DNA of 64,000 bases from an uncultured Actinomycetota bacterium (GCA_963735115.1 CAVTJR010000003.1:1352641-1416640); one strand, 5' to 3'; shown: positions 46,334-55,457, counted from the stretch's first letter. Notes: a model not told the origin generated them from the sequence alone. A program made the numbers and translations.

Positions 46334-48343
46334 CTACGACTTGAAGTACCAGTACTCGGGATTGAGGTTGTCGAGGGCGTTGACCGGAAGCACTCCACCG
46401 ATCCTGTTGGAGACCTCGACGGCGGTTGCCGCCAGTGGCTGCCAGATGACGGGCAGCTGCTGGGCGAGGTAGTCCTCCCACTGGTAGAAGACGCTCAGGC
46501 TCGAGTTCTCGTTCGTCTCCCGGATCAAGGTGTCGTTCTGGGCGTTCGAGTAGTCGCCCTGGTTCGAGCCGGCACCGGTGGCGAAGATCTCCTCGCCGGT
46601 GGGCAGGTAGTCGGGCGAGTAGAGCCAACCGCCGCCCCAGTTCGCCATGTCCCATGCGTGGCAGGCCGCCGTGGCGGTCGGGTAGCAGGAGACGGCGTCC
46701 TTGAGGACGTTGTCGAACGGCTCAGCCTTGAGGCTGACCTTGATGCCCTCCTTGGCCCACTCGGACACCTCGTAGTCGACCGCCTGCGTGAGCGACTGCG
46801 TGCCGCTGGCATACACCTCGGTGAAGGTGAGCGGCGTGCCGCTCGGGATGCCTGCGCCGCACTCACCGGCGCCTGACCCGGGCTTCGTGCACGTCGTCGT
46901 GCCTCCCGGGACGACGTTCCAGCCGTTGGCCTTCAACGTGGCCGCCGCCGTCGTGGGGCTGAAGGGGTAGGGACCACCCGTCTTCAGCTCGACGCCGTGG
47001 GCGAAGTTGTTCGGTGGGTAGACGGGCGCCGGGCCGTAAGTGGGCACGCCGTAGCCCTTGAAGTAGGTCGAGATGATGCCCGTCTGGTCGACCAGCTCCT
47101 GCAGCACCTGGCGGAAGTACAGCTGCTTGAAGACCGCACCGGCGTGACCGCCCGCTCCCAGCGTGGAGTTGAAGTTCTCCGGGAAGTAGTTGATCTGCCA
47201 GGACTCGGTCTGCGTGATCCCGTACGTGCTCGTAAGGGCGGTGGCGTTGGCCCCCGCCGTTGTCGGCCCGAGGTTGGCCGCCTTCTGCGGCAGGTTCTGC
47301 GAAGGCAGGTAGCCGACGTCCGGAGCGGTGCTGCCTCCGGCGGCGAGGGCGTTGTACTCGGCGGTGTCGGAGGTGTAGGGCACCTCGACGAACTCGGAGA
47401 GGATCGGCTTCTGCGGTCCGCTGTAGGCCGGGTTCGGCACGAAGGTCGACTGCCCGGTGGAGGCATCGAATGCGCTCAGCTTCCAGGGACCGTCGACGCC
47501 GTCTGCCCACAGCTTGTTGGAGGCATAGGTGGCAAGGTCACCGGACATCTGCGGGTGCTTGGAGGTGGCGTTGTTGTCCGTGTCGAAGGTCCACACGGCC
47601 ACGCAGGCTTTCGTCACTGCCTTGCTCGGGAGGCTGGCGGTCTTCGTGGCAACCCCGCAACCACCGGACCCAGGGGCGGCCGTCAAGGAGGTGATGTCCC
47701 AGGCTTCGGCCATCGGGTAGATCTGCGAGAGCTCGTTGTACTGGAACCACGTCGTGCTGAAGGTGCCGTCGAGGTTGATGACGACGGTGTTGCCCGTGGG
47801 TCCGTCAGGCGCCGAGTAGCTCTTGATGTTGCCCGGCCACTGGTTCGGGCCAGGAGCCGTGCCGGCCCAGTTGGCGGACTCGGCTTCGATCATGTTCAGC
47901 CAGAAGATGACGCTCTGGGCGTCGACGCTCTGGCCGTCGGCGAACTTCCAGGGCTTCAAGGTGATCGTGATGGTCTTGTCGCCGTTCGACCACACGGGTG
48001 CGTTGCCGGGCGAGAGCGAGTAGTCCACGTCCGGGGACGTGCTCGTGGGGGAGCCGAACCAGTAGAGCGGCCGGTACAGGAGGAACTCGAACTGCTCTTC
48101 GTTCGCCACCGAGAAGAACTGCAGACTCGAGAACGGGAAGATCCAGTCGGGTGTCACCTGCGGCGCCATCGCCCAGTAGGCCGTGCCACCCTTCAGATGG
48201 CTCGAAGGCGTCGAGGTCGCCGACGGGCTCGTGGTGGTCGTTGACGAGGACGTGCTGCTTCCGCAGGCCGCCAGCACGAGCGCGCCTACGGCGAGCCCTG
48301 CTCCTATTTTCCAGGCTGCTCTCAGTCTCGGTTTCCGTTGCAT
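46334..48343 (-). CDS. ABC transporter substrate-binding lipoprotein, family 5 (peptide/nickel type)
   Basis: The signal plus lipobox is GAGLAVGALVLAACGSS, followed by an S/T linker. The body reads ...FEFLLYRPLYWFG.... No permease or ATPase genes lie adjacent. Confidence 0.85.
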   Translation of the reverse strand: MQRKPRLRAAWKIGAGLAVGALVLAACGSSTSSSTTTTSPSATSTPSSHLKGGTAYWAMAPQVTPDWIFPFSSLQFFSVANEEQFEFLLYRPLYWFGSPTSTSPDVDYSLSPGNAPVWSNGDKTITITLKPWKFADGQSVDAQSVIFWLNMIEAESANWAGTAPGPNQWPGNIKSYSAPDGPTGNTVVINLDGTFSTTWFQYNELSQIYPMAEAWDITSLTAAPGSGGCGVATKTASLPSKAVTKACVAVWTFDTDNNATSKHPQMSGDLATYASNKLWADGVDGPWKLSAFDASTGQSTFVPNPAYSGPQKPILSEFVEVPYTSDTAEYNALAAGGSTAPDVGYLPSQNLPQKAANLGPTTAGANATALTSTYGITQTESWQINYFPENFNSTLGAGGHAGAVFKQLYFRQVLQELVDQTGIISTYFKGYGVPTYGPAPVYPPNNFAHGVELKTGGPYPFSPTTAAATLKANGWNVVPGGTTTCTKPGSGAGECGAGIPSGTPLTFTEVYASGTQSLTQAVDYEVSEWAKEGIKVSLKAEPFDNVLKDAVSCYPTATAACHAWDMANWGGGWLYSPDYLPTGEEIFATGAGSNQGDYSNAQNDTLIRETNENSSLSVFYQWEDYLAQQLPVIWQPLAATAVEVSNRIGGVLPVNALDNLNPEYWYFKS

Positions 48344-48479
48344 GTGGCTCAGTTACCTCCCTGATCTCAACGACGCTGTTGGCACCGGCGCGCTCAGGTC
48401 CCCCTTCTACGGGAAACCACAGCCCGCGGCACTGTAGCGCATCCGTAATGTTTCGTACATCGAATGGCACCGAGACGGA

Positions 48480-48640
48480 GCGAGCTGAAGCTGGCTAACC
48501 GGGGCCGAACCGCCCACCTCCGGGATCAACCGACTACGAAATGTCGGGCATCAACCGAACTTCCCGGCCACCTCGGTGACGCTGAACCCGTCACGAATGA
48601 CGCCCATGACGGCGTAAACCCATCGGACGCAGCGGGTATC
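48480..48640 (-). mobile_element. Highly degraded IS481-like transposase 5' remnant
   Basis: The minus-strand translation RWVYAVMGVIRDGFSVTEVAGKFG(stop)...RSRLIPEVGGSAPV parallels the N-terminal HTH region of the better-preserved remnant at 49943-50235. The DNA is also similar (gccacctcggtgacgctgaacccgtcacgaatgac vs gccgcctcggtgacggtcattccgtcccggatgac). Confidence 0.4.
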
Positions 48641-48977
48641 CGTTCAAAGCCGCTGACGAGGCGCTGATCTTCGGAGATTGGGCCTGTCAGGAGTGCCCGA
48701 TGACAGGTCAAAGCTCCACTTCAGCGGTTGCGGAGCGCGCTGCCGAGGCCGCGGCGACCTCCGTAGCAACCGCTTTTATCGTCGATGGCAGTTGCCCGCG
48801 CACTCACACACAGGGCGGGCACACCACCGACAGTTCGTCGCGGCGTCCACCCTCGAGCCAGAGCTTCGAGGATTGTGTTTGCTCATCCATGGCCGCAGCC
48901 TCGCCGAGGGGTGTATCACTGCCATTCGCCAGGGATCCGGCCCAGTTTCCGAGACTCACCCGATCGGTACCCAGCGA

Positions 48978-49693
48978 TCAGGACAGCGTGACCATGCCTG
49001 TGCCCGTCAGGCTGGGCAGACCCGACGACCTGCAGGTGCTGAGGACTCCCTTCTCGGTCATGTCCGTGTAGGAGGATGCACTGGAGCCCGCGCCGTGGTC
49101 ACTGCCTGCAAAGGAACCCGTCACGGAGGCCGTGCCCCCGCTGTTGGGGAACACGAACCCGACGTCACCAGCGCTGTTGGTCACGATGCGGTGGCCCGAG
49201 AAGGTGACCATGCTGTTCGCAACAGAACTCGGGGTCCACCGCGCCGTCCACGTCGGGGGCCCCGACGCGGAGTTCGACGTCCCGAGAACGCGGCAGGCGT
49301 TGGACGCGAGGTGAATCGTCAGCGTGGAGGTGGCGCCGGTTACCTTGGAGACGTTCGACCCGCTCGTCGTGCAGGTGGAAGCTGCGATCGTGATCGTCAC
49401 CGTCTCAACAGGGCTGGTGCCACTCTTTTGCAGTGGCGGGTCGAACGTCACCGTGCCGGTTCCGGAGCAGCTGATGCCGCCCGTGGCGACCGTCGGCGCA
49501 CTCGTCGACGAACTAGTGGACGTCGAACTGCTCGTGGCAAGCGGGACGTGGAAGTGGACGTGGAAGTGGACGTAGAAGCTGTCGTCGGCTTGTGGCTACT
49601 CGAACAGGCCGACATGAAGACCAAGGAGACCACCAGGACGACGCCGGCTACGGCCAGAGACCGGTCTCGCAATGAGAATCGCATACGAGGCAT
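48978..49693 (-). pseudogene. Lipoprotein gene with a frame break after a Thr/Ser-repeat linker
   Basis: The signal/lipobox MRFSLRDRSLAVAGVVLVVSLVFMSACSSS plus TSTSTSTS lies in the frame of ORF 49448..50107. The body (PLATSSSTSTSSSTSAPTVATGGISCSGTGTVTFDPP...) lies in the frame of ORF 48978..49451. The shift occurs near 49530-49545, next to a 12-bp tandem repeat. Confidence 0.5.
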
Positions 49694-49942
49694 TGTCTGC
49701 CGCAGCCTCGGCTCGATCCAGGGGCTTTCGTCACATGAGACACGAACTCCAGGGCCGCGAGTCCAGCACCAGAGTTTGACGGTATGCCGCCGTGGACTGA
49801 AAGCAGACTCAGATGACGTGGCTGATCGTGGGGACACAGAACGACGGAGGCACCGGACTCGCGGGTCGGCGCGTATTCGGCGACTGGCGAAGGCGGCGAG
49901 GCGGGAGACGACGAAGCGCGCCGGTGTGGCGGGCGGGGAGGC

Positions 49943-50235
49943 CCGCTCCAGCTGGTGCCGGAGGCGCAGCGGCCGCCAGCTCGGATGTTGCCGACGCAGT
50001 TCCAAGACGCGGGCCTCGAACACCGCCGGCATCTGATGCGGGACGCGTTTAGGCCGATGCGAGCGGTCGACGAGGGCTTCGAGGCCGCCGGCCTCGTAGC
50101 GCGACATCCATCAGTAGAGCGTCTGGCGGCTGACTCCGTACTTCTCTGCCGCCTCGGTGACGGTCATTCCGTCCCGGATGACCGCGACGACGGCGTCGTA
50201 GCGCTGCTCCACTTTGGTGAGCTCCTTGATCACTC
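49943..50235 (-). mobile_element. IS481-like transposase N-terminal remnant (in-frame stop; catalytic core absent)
   Basis: From GTG 50235 the sequence reads VIKELTKVEQRYDAVVAVIRDGMTVTEAAEKYGVSRQTLY(TGA at 50111-50113)WMSRYEAGGLEALVDRSHRPKRVPHQMPAVFEARVLELRRQHPSW.... Similarity to transposases is lost after ~95 aa and no DDE region follows. Confidence 0.7.
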
Positions 50236-50385
50236 CGGCCACCTCCCTCCCACTCGGAGGCGGAGGACGGTGGGGCCGAGGTGTCAAGCGTCAGCTGTTA
50301 CAGGGTCACGGATCACCCGTTACTGCGTTCCACATCACGCGTTATCGATCTGTGACAGATCAGGCGTGGTCTTACAGCTGATCGG

Positions 50386-50459
50386 TGCGCCCCCTGGGAC
50401 TCGAACCCAGAACCTGCGGATTAAGAGTCCGTTGCTCTGCCAAATTGAGCTAGAGGCGC
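50386..50459 (-). tRNA. tRNA-Lys (anticodon CTT)
   Basis: The reverse complement GCGCCTCTAGCTCAATTTGGCAGAGCAACGGACTCTTAATCCGCAGGTTCTGGGTTCGAGTCCCAGGGGGCGCA folds as a cloverleaf. The anticodon loop is CTCTTAA. Confidence 0.9.
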
Positions 50460-50557
50460 CTGCCGGCAGGCCAGACTAGTCGCTCCGGCCGACGACGGAG
50501 CTGAACCGCACTCGGGCACCACAAACTGCAACCGAGGCGCGACTCGACATCGAAACG

Positions 50558-50631
50558 GGTGGCCGAGGGGACTTGAACCCCCGACTTCCAGGACCACAAC
50601 CTGGCGCTCTGCCAACTGAGCTACGACCACC
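50558..50631 (-). tRNA. tRNA-His (anticodon GTG) with an encoded G-1
   Basis: The reverse complement is GGTGGTCGTAGCTCAGTTGGCAGAGCGCCAGGTTGTGGTCCTGGAAGTCGGGGGTTCAAGTCCCCTCGGCCACC. The anticodon loop is TTGTGGT, and the extra 5' G pairs with C73. Confidence 0.9.
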
Positions 50632-50805
50632 ATGGGAGCCGGCACCGTCGGGCGCACCGACGGCGTCGACCCTTCCAGCATGGCACATCGACCGAGGGTG
50701 AAAAAAGCAACCGGCTGCGGCGCCGGTCGCGTCCCAACCAGCTTGTGGGCACCGAATTCCCAGCATCCCGGGTATGCCGCACCCCTCGTTACCTACGTGC
50801 CAAAC

Positions 50806-50834
50806 TTGACCGCTTCGCCTGCTTCGCCTAATTT
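50806..50834 (+). promoter_or_regulatory. Candidate sigma70-type promoter of the pst operon
   Basis: TTGACC (50806-50811), a 17-nt spacer, then TAATTT (50829-50834), about 58 nt before the GTG start. The spacer is a tandem GCTTCGCCT GCTTCGCC repeat, and the region is locally AT-richer. Confidence 0.3.
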
Positions 50835-50892
50835 CATAGTTTCAGTAGCAAATCAGGCCGTGCCCGACGGCCGCCGACAAAGGAGATACAGC

Positions 50893-52179
50893 GTGCCGAA
50901 TCAACGACGCCGCCGAGCGCGGGCCGGTCTCATCGGGGGGGTCTCGGTGCTGGCAGCGGTTGCCTGCATGAGCCTCACCGGCCTCGTAACGGCGAGCGCA
51001 TCCAACCTGCCGCCAGGTAACACCGTCATCATCGGAAGCGGATCACAGACCGCTTACAGCTTGATGACCGGCCTCGACGACCTCTTCAACTCCTCGCAAG
51101 GCTGCAACGAGATCGCCGCCGCCGGAACCTCCGAGGTCCAGTCGTTGAGCTTCAACTGTGCAGCCGGTCCTGCCGGCGCGGTCGGCTTGCCCGCCGCCAA
51201 CGGCGAGAACCCCCTCAATGACGTCGCCCTGCAGGAGCCGCCTCTCGGCGGTTCGAATGGCCTGAAGCAGCTCGAAGGGCAAGTTCCCGTGCTCGGGACC
51301 GAACCGATCAGCTTCGCCACGACGGTGCGAAACCCAACCGCCTCTGATCCGCAGGGCCTCAACTTCGTGAACTACGCCGACGACGCCATCTCCTGGTTCC
51401 ATTTCACCAAGGTGGGCAAGAAGGCGACCCCGTCGGCGAAGATCAAGTCGCTCACGATCTTGCAGCTGGAGAACATCTGGCTCGGGAACATCACCAACTG
51501 GAAGTCGCTCGGCGGCAAAAGCGCTCCCATCAAGGTGTACGTCACGAACTCGGGCTCAAGCTTGCTGACCATCTGGAATACCAGTCTCGGGAACATCAAC
51601 TCCCAGACGTACCCGGAGACAGAAGGTCCCTCCTACGTCATCGAGCAGAACGAGGACGCTTCGATCATCAAGAACGGCAACGAGGCTGACGCCATCTTCT
51701 TCTTCTCTCGCGGCCGCTTCCTGCAGACTTGTGACGAAGGCACCTGTGGTGGCTCGCGAATCCCTGGCGGTGGTACCACCGCCCTCGGCGAGATCAACGG
51801 GGTCAAACTCACCAACGCCAACATCTTGAGCGGCTTGTGGCCCGTCCGGGTCTTCCTGTCGAACGTGTACTCGGACGGCTCGAACTCCAAGATCCCGGCC
51901 GCCAACCAGGCGACGCTCAACTACGTGAGCGAAGACGGTTTCTTGTGCAAGTCGCAAACGTCCCACGGCAAGCGCATCCTCGACCCGCTCACAGGCGTGT
52001 GGTACCGCACCGAGATCGACAACCTCATCGCCGCCGATGGCTTCGTCCCGATACCGATCGGCTCAGAAGGGCTCGTCACGAACCCCGCAGTGCCCGGCTC
52101 GCCCTACAGCGGATACGACTCTTCCGGCAGCGACCCGAGGGGCTACTGCAAGGTGAGCACGACGGACGGGAACGCCTGA
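50893..52179 (+). CDS. PstS-like (PBP_like_2) substrate-binding protein, atypical
   Basis: AAAGGAG lies upstream of GTG 50893. The signal-like N-terminal part is RRRRARAGLIGGVSVLAAVACMSLTG. The body reads VIIGSGSQTAY...ADDAISWFHF...LTILQLENIWLGNITNWKSLGG...VTNSGSS. Codon usage looks AT-richer than in neighbouring genes. Confidence 0.75.
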   Translation: MPNQRRRRARAGLIGGVSVLAAVACMSLTGLVTASASNLPPGNTVIIGSGSQTAYSLMTGLDDLFNSSQGCNEIAAAGTSEVQSLSFNCAAGPAGAVGLPAANGENPLNDVALQEPPLGGSNGLKQLEGQVPVLGTEPISFATTVRNPTASDPQGLNFVNYADDAISWFHFTKVGKKATPSAKIKSLTILQLENIWLGNITNWKSLGGKSAPIKVYVTNSGSSLLTIWNTSLGNINSQTYPETEGPSYVIEQNEDASIIKNGNEADAIFFFSRGRFLQTCDEGTCGGSRIPGGGTTALGEINGVKLTNANILSGLWPVRVFLSNVYSDGSNSKIPAANQATLNYVSEDGFLCKSQTSHGKRILDPLTGVWYRTEIDNLIAADGFVPIPIGSEGLVTNPAVPGSPYSGYDSSGSDPRGYCKVSTTDGNA

Positions 52180-52213
52180 TCTCGACATCACAGCGACCAG
52201 GTGCGCAACTTCG

Positions 52214-52250
52214 CCCGGGTTCGGCTCTCTCCCTCGGAGCCGAATCCGGG
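52214..52250 (+). terminator. Intercistronic hairpin after the first pstS-like gene (attenuator or processing candidate)
   Basis: CCCGGGTTCGGCTC ... GAGCCGAATCCGGG form a 14-bp stem with one mismatch. More stems follow: CTCCGGCC/GGCCGGAG near 52396-52417 and CTGTCG/CGACAG just after. Confidence 0.4.
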
Positions 52251-52447
52251 CGACCGCACTGAGCAAGTGGAGGATCGAACATTCGAATCGCCTACAACCG
52301 AGCGGGACTCCCGCTGAACCTGAGGAAAGCGGGCTTTGCCGGTGGCGGGACTCGAGAATCCGGACTGATGAAAGCCACATTGCACCGAGCGACACTCCGG
52401 CCGAGGACGGCCGGAGCTGTCGCGTTGAAACGACAGTCGAGAGACGC

Positions 52448-53461
52448 TTGAGCAAGAGCACTGAGATGACCCCAGAAGGTGATGGCAGGTCGAGCGGACG
52501 GGACACGGCGGCGATGCCGCGGCCGGTCACGAGCGAGCACCGCTTGGACGATCGCCTGTTTCGCGGGGGCACGCGGAGCGTCGGACTTGCTGTCTTCGGG
52601 CTCTTGTTCGCCATCGGTGCCTTCCTGTTGTGGAAGTCCATGCCGGCCTTCGACAAGAACGGCCTCATCAGCTTTCTCACGACGACCGGCTTCACTACGA
52701 GCGGCGTCGCCCATCCGGTCTTCGGCGTGGCCGCCCTCCTCTTCTGGACAGTCGTCATCGCCCTCATCGCCGCCGTGATCGGTGTCCCCATCGCCGTCGG
52801 CACTGCGCTGTTCATCGTCGAATTCGCCCCGGCGCGGCTCCGACGCGTCCTCATCGCCGTAATCGACCTGCTGGCGGTCGTTCCCTCGATCATCTTCGGG
52901 CTGTGGGGAGTGTTCTTCCTGCAACCCCGGATGGTGGGCTTCGAGCAGTTCCTCTCCGCTCACCTGAGCTTCATCCCCATCTTCGCCACGACCTCGGCCG
53001 TGCTGAAAGGATCGGCATTCATCGCCGGCACGGTCGTTGGGATCATGATCGTGCCCATCGTCACCTCGATCACTCGCGAGATCTTCTCCCTCGCGCCGCA
53101 AGGAGAGCGAGAGGCGGCGCTCGCACTCGGCGCCAGCAAGGCATCGATGATCCGGGCCGTCGTGCTGCCGTTCGGACGCGGCGGCATGATCGGGGCGGTC
53201 ATGCTCGGGATCGGGCGGGCGATGGGAGAGACCGTCGCCGTGGCCACGATCATCTCGACCATCTTCGTCATCAACCCGCACATCTTGCAGGTGGGCGCCA
53301 ACTCGATCGCGGCCTTCATCGTGCTGCGCTTCGGAGCAGGCGGACCGCTTGGCTTGTCGGCGCTGATGGGGATCGGCTTCGTGCTCTTCTGCTTCACGTT
53401 GCTCGTGAACCTGGCTGCGTCCTTCATCGTGAACCGCTCGCGCACCGGAGCGAGCGCCTGA
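52448..53461 (+). CDS. pstC: Phosphate ABC transporter permease PstC
   Basis: The 337-aa polytopic protein reads ...REIFSLAPQGEREAALALGASKASMIRAVVLPFGRGGMIGAVMLGIGRAMGET.... Confidence 0.9.
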   Translation: MSKSTEMTPEGDGRSSGRDTAAMPRPVTSEHRLDDRLFRGGTRSVGLAVFGLLFAIGAFLLWKSMPAFDKNGLISFLTTTGFTTSGVAHPVFGVAALLFWTVVIALIAAVIGVPIAVGTALFIVEFAPARLRRVLIAVIDLLAVVPSIIFGLWGVFFLQPRMVGFEQFLSAHLSFIPIFATTSAVLKGSAFIAGTVVGIMIVPIVTSITREIFSLAPQGEREAALALGASKASMIRAVVLPFGRGGMIGAVMLGIGRAMGETVAVATIISTIFVINPHILQVGANSIAAFIVLRFGAGGPLGLSALMGIGFVLFCFTLLVNLAASFIVNRSRTGASA

Positions 53462-54606
53462 TGTCGATCGCCACACTCGAGAGAGCCGGGGCCACACCGC
53501 CCAACGAGCAGCCGAGCCCTCGCGACCTCCACCGGCGACGTCCCCGCCAATTCACCGGCACGGATCTCGTCGTGCTCGTCTCCTCGGCTCTGGCAGCAAT
53601 CAGCTTCGTGTGGATCGTCTTCTACCAGCTGACGCTGCTGGCCGGCGGCTCCGGCTTCGTGATCTGTGCCCTGCTGTCGTTCCTCGTCATCTACTACCTT
53701 GCGAATCGCAGCCTTTTCGGCCACATGGCGGCCGTCAATCGCGTGATCGGGGCGCTCGTGACCTCGAGCGCAGTCGCAGTCACCATCGCCCTCGCCCTCG
53801 TCGTGGTCTTCCTCGTCTCGCGCGGCTATCACCTCATCAGCCTGCACTTCCTGACCCACGACCAGGGTGACGTCACCCAGACGGCGCCGGCGAGCGCCGG
53901 TGGCGTCAGCCACGCGATCGTGGGCACGCTCGAACAGGTCGGTCTGGCAGTCGTCATCGGCGCCCCGGCAGGCATCATCACCGCCATCTTCATCAACGAG
54001 GTCGGCGGCCGCGTCACCTCCCTCGTGCGCACGGTCGTCACGGCCATGAGCGCCTTGCCGACGATCGTGGCCGGGTTGTTCATCTACGTCATCTACATCT
54101 CAGCCACCCATCACGGCTTCTCAGGCCTCGCCGGCTCCCTCGCATTGTCGATCATGCTGCTCCCGAACGTCACCCGCACCACTGAGGAGGTGCTGAAAGT
54201 CGTGCACGGGTCGCTGCGGGAGGCCTCCATGGCTCTCGGTGCACCGCAATGGCGGACCGTCTGGTCCGTCGTTCTGCCGACGGCGCGCGCCGGCATCGCC
54301 ACGGCGGTGCTGCTCGGCATCGCCCGCATCGTCGGAGAGACGGCCCCGCTGATCGTGACGATCTTCGGCAGCACCTTCATGCAGACGAACCCTCTGCATG
54401 CTCAAGAAGCCCTTCCCTTGTTCATCTGGCAGAGCTATGGCCTCCCCCGCCAGGCGGACATCGAGCGCGCCTTCGCCGCCGGCCTCGTCCTCGTCGGCCT
54501 CGTCCTCATCCTGTTCGTCCTCGCCCGTCTCGTCGCCTCCATCCGCCCGGGGGCGGTCCACCGCATGGTCACGAGGCTGCGCCCGAGCCGTCTGGAGGCA
54601 TCGTGA
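53461..54606 (+). CDS. pstA: Phosphate ABC transporter permease PstA (long N-terminal region)
   Basis: ATG 53461 overlaps the pstC stop (TGATG). The sequence reads ...TEEVLKVVHGSLREASMALGAPQWRTVWSVVLPTARAGIATAVLLGIARIVGETAPL.... Confidence 0.9.
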   Translation: MSIATLERAGATPPNEQPSPRDLHRRRPRQFTGTDLVVLVSSALAAISFVWIVFYQLTLLAGGSGFVICALLSFLVIYYLANRSLFGHMAAVNRVIGALVTSSAVAVTIALALVVVFLVSRGYHLISLHFLTHDQGDVTQTAPASAGGVSHAIVGTLEQVGLAVVIGAPAGIITAIFINEVGGRVTSLVRTVVTAMSALPTIVAGLFIYVIYISATHHGFSGLAGSLALSIMLLPNVTRTTEEVLKVVHGSLREASMALGAPQWRTVWSVVLPTARAGIATAVLLGIARIVGETAPLIVTIFGSTFMQTNPLHAQEALPLFIWQSYGLPRQADIERAFAAGLVLVGLVLILFVLARLVASIRPGAVHRMVTRLRPSRLEAS

Positions 54607-55457
54607 GCACGACCGAAGACTTCGTCTCTTCCGGCACCCTCTCGTCCCCCTACGACTCGGCGGCGCCCGCGGCCGCCTCGCACGCCTCCGAGCTCGTGGC
54701 CGAGGACGTCTCGGCCTGGTTCGGCGGCCACCTCGTCTTGGAGCGGGTGAGCCTTTCGATGGAGCGCTCCAAGGTGACGGCCCTCATCGGGCCTTCCGGC
54801 TGTGGCAAGTCGACGTTCTTGCGCATCTTGAACCGCATGCACGAGGTCGTGCCCGGGGCCGAGCTCGGCGGCCGGGTGCTCCTGGAGGGCGAAGACGTCT
54901 ACGGGCCGCAGATGCGCGCCACCGAGGTGCGCAAGCAAATCGGCATGGTCTTCCAGAAGCCCAACCCCTTCCCCGCCATGACCATCGAGCACAACGTGCT
55001 CGCCGGCCTGCGCTTTGCCGGCACGAAGGTGCGCGCCGCCGACCGCCGTGAGCTCGTGCAGGAGATGCTCGTGAAGGCCGGCCTGTGGAACGAGGTGCGC
55101 AACCGCCTCTCCGCCCTCGGGGGCGAGCTCTCCGGTGGCCAGCAGCAGCGCCTCTGCATCGCGCGGGCCCTGGCGGTGCGCCCGAACGTCTTGTTGATGG
55201 ACGAGCCCTGCTCGGCCCTCGACCCCACCTCCACGCGGCGCATCGAGGAGACGATCCGCGAGATCGCCGACGACGTCACCGTCGTCATCGTCACCCACAA
55301 CATGCAGCAGGCCCAGCGGGTGAGCCACGCCTGCGCCTTCTTCCTGGCGGCCGAGAACCAGCCGGGCCGCATCGTCGAGTCCGGCACGACCGAGCAGATC
55401 TTCGAGAGCCCGAGCGACGAGAGGACGGCGGACTATGTCCATGGGCGCTTCGGCTGA
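54603..55457 (+). CDS. pstB: Phosphate ABC transporter ATP-binding protein PstB
   Basis: GTG 54603 overlaps the pstA stop (GTGA). Motifs are GPSGCGKSTFLR (Walker A), LSGGQQQRLCIARA (signature), LLMDEPCSALDP (Walker B) and ...ADYVHGRFG. Confidence 0.95.
   Translation: MSTTEDFVSSGTLSSPYDSAAPAAASHASELVAEDVSAWFGGHLVLERVSLSMERSKVTALIGPSGCGKSTFLRILNRMHEVVPGAELGGRVLLEGEDVYGPQMRATEVRKQIGMVFQKPNPFPAMTIEHNVLAGLRFAGTKVRAADRRELVQEMLVKAGLWNEVRNRLSALGGELSGGQQQRLCIARALAVRPNVLLMDEPCSALDPTSTRRIEETIREIADDVTVVIVTHNMQQAQRVSHACAFFLAAENQPGRIVESGTTEQIFESPSDERTADYVHGRFG

Noticed and set aside
48640-48978. A possible small Cys-containing ORF (MDEQTQSSKLWLEGGRRDELSVVCPPCV) and a 7-bp inverted repeat (CCTGTCA/TGACAGG).
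   Set aside because: It is too short, has no RBS or homology that I can recognise, and sits inside a decay zone.
49536-49575. A short tandem repeat (acgtccacttcc, about 2.5 copies), considered as a possible CRISPR-like or regulatory repeat.
   Set aside because: The units are contiguous with no spacers, and they simply encode the Thr/Ser linker of the lipoprotein. I saw no CRISPR array anywhere in the window.
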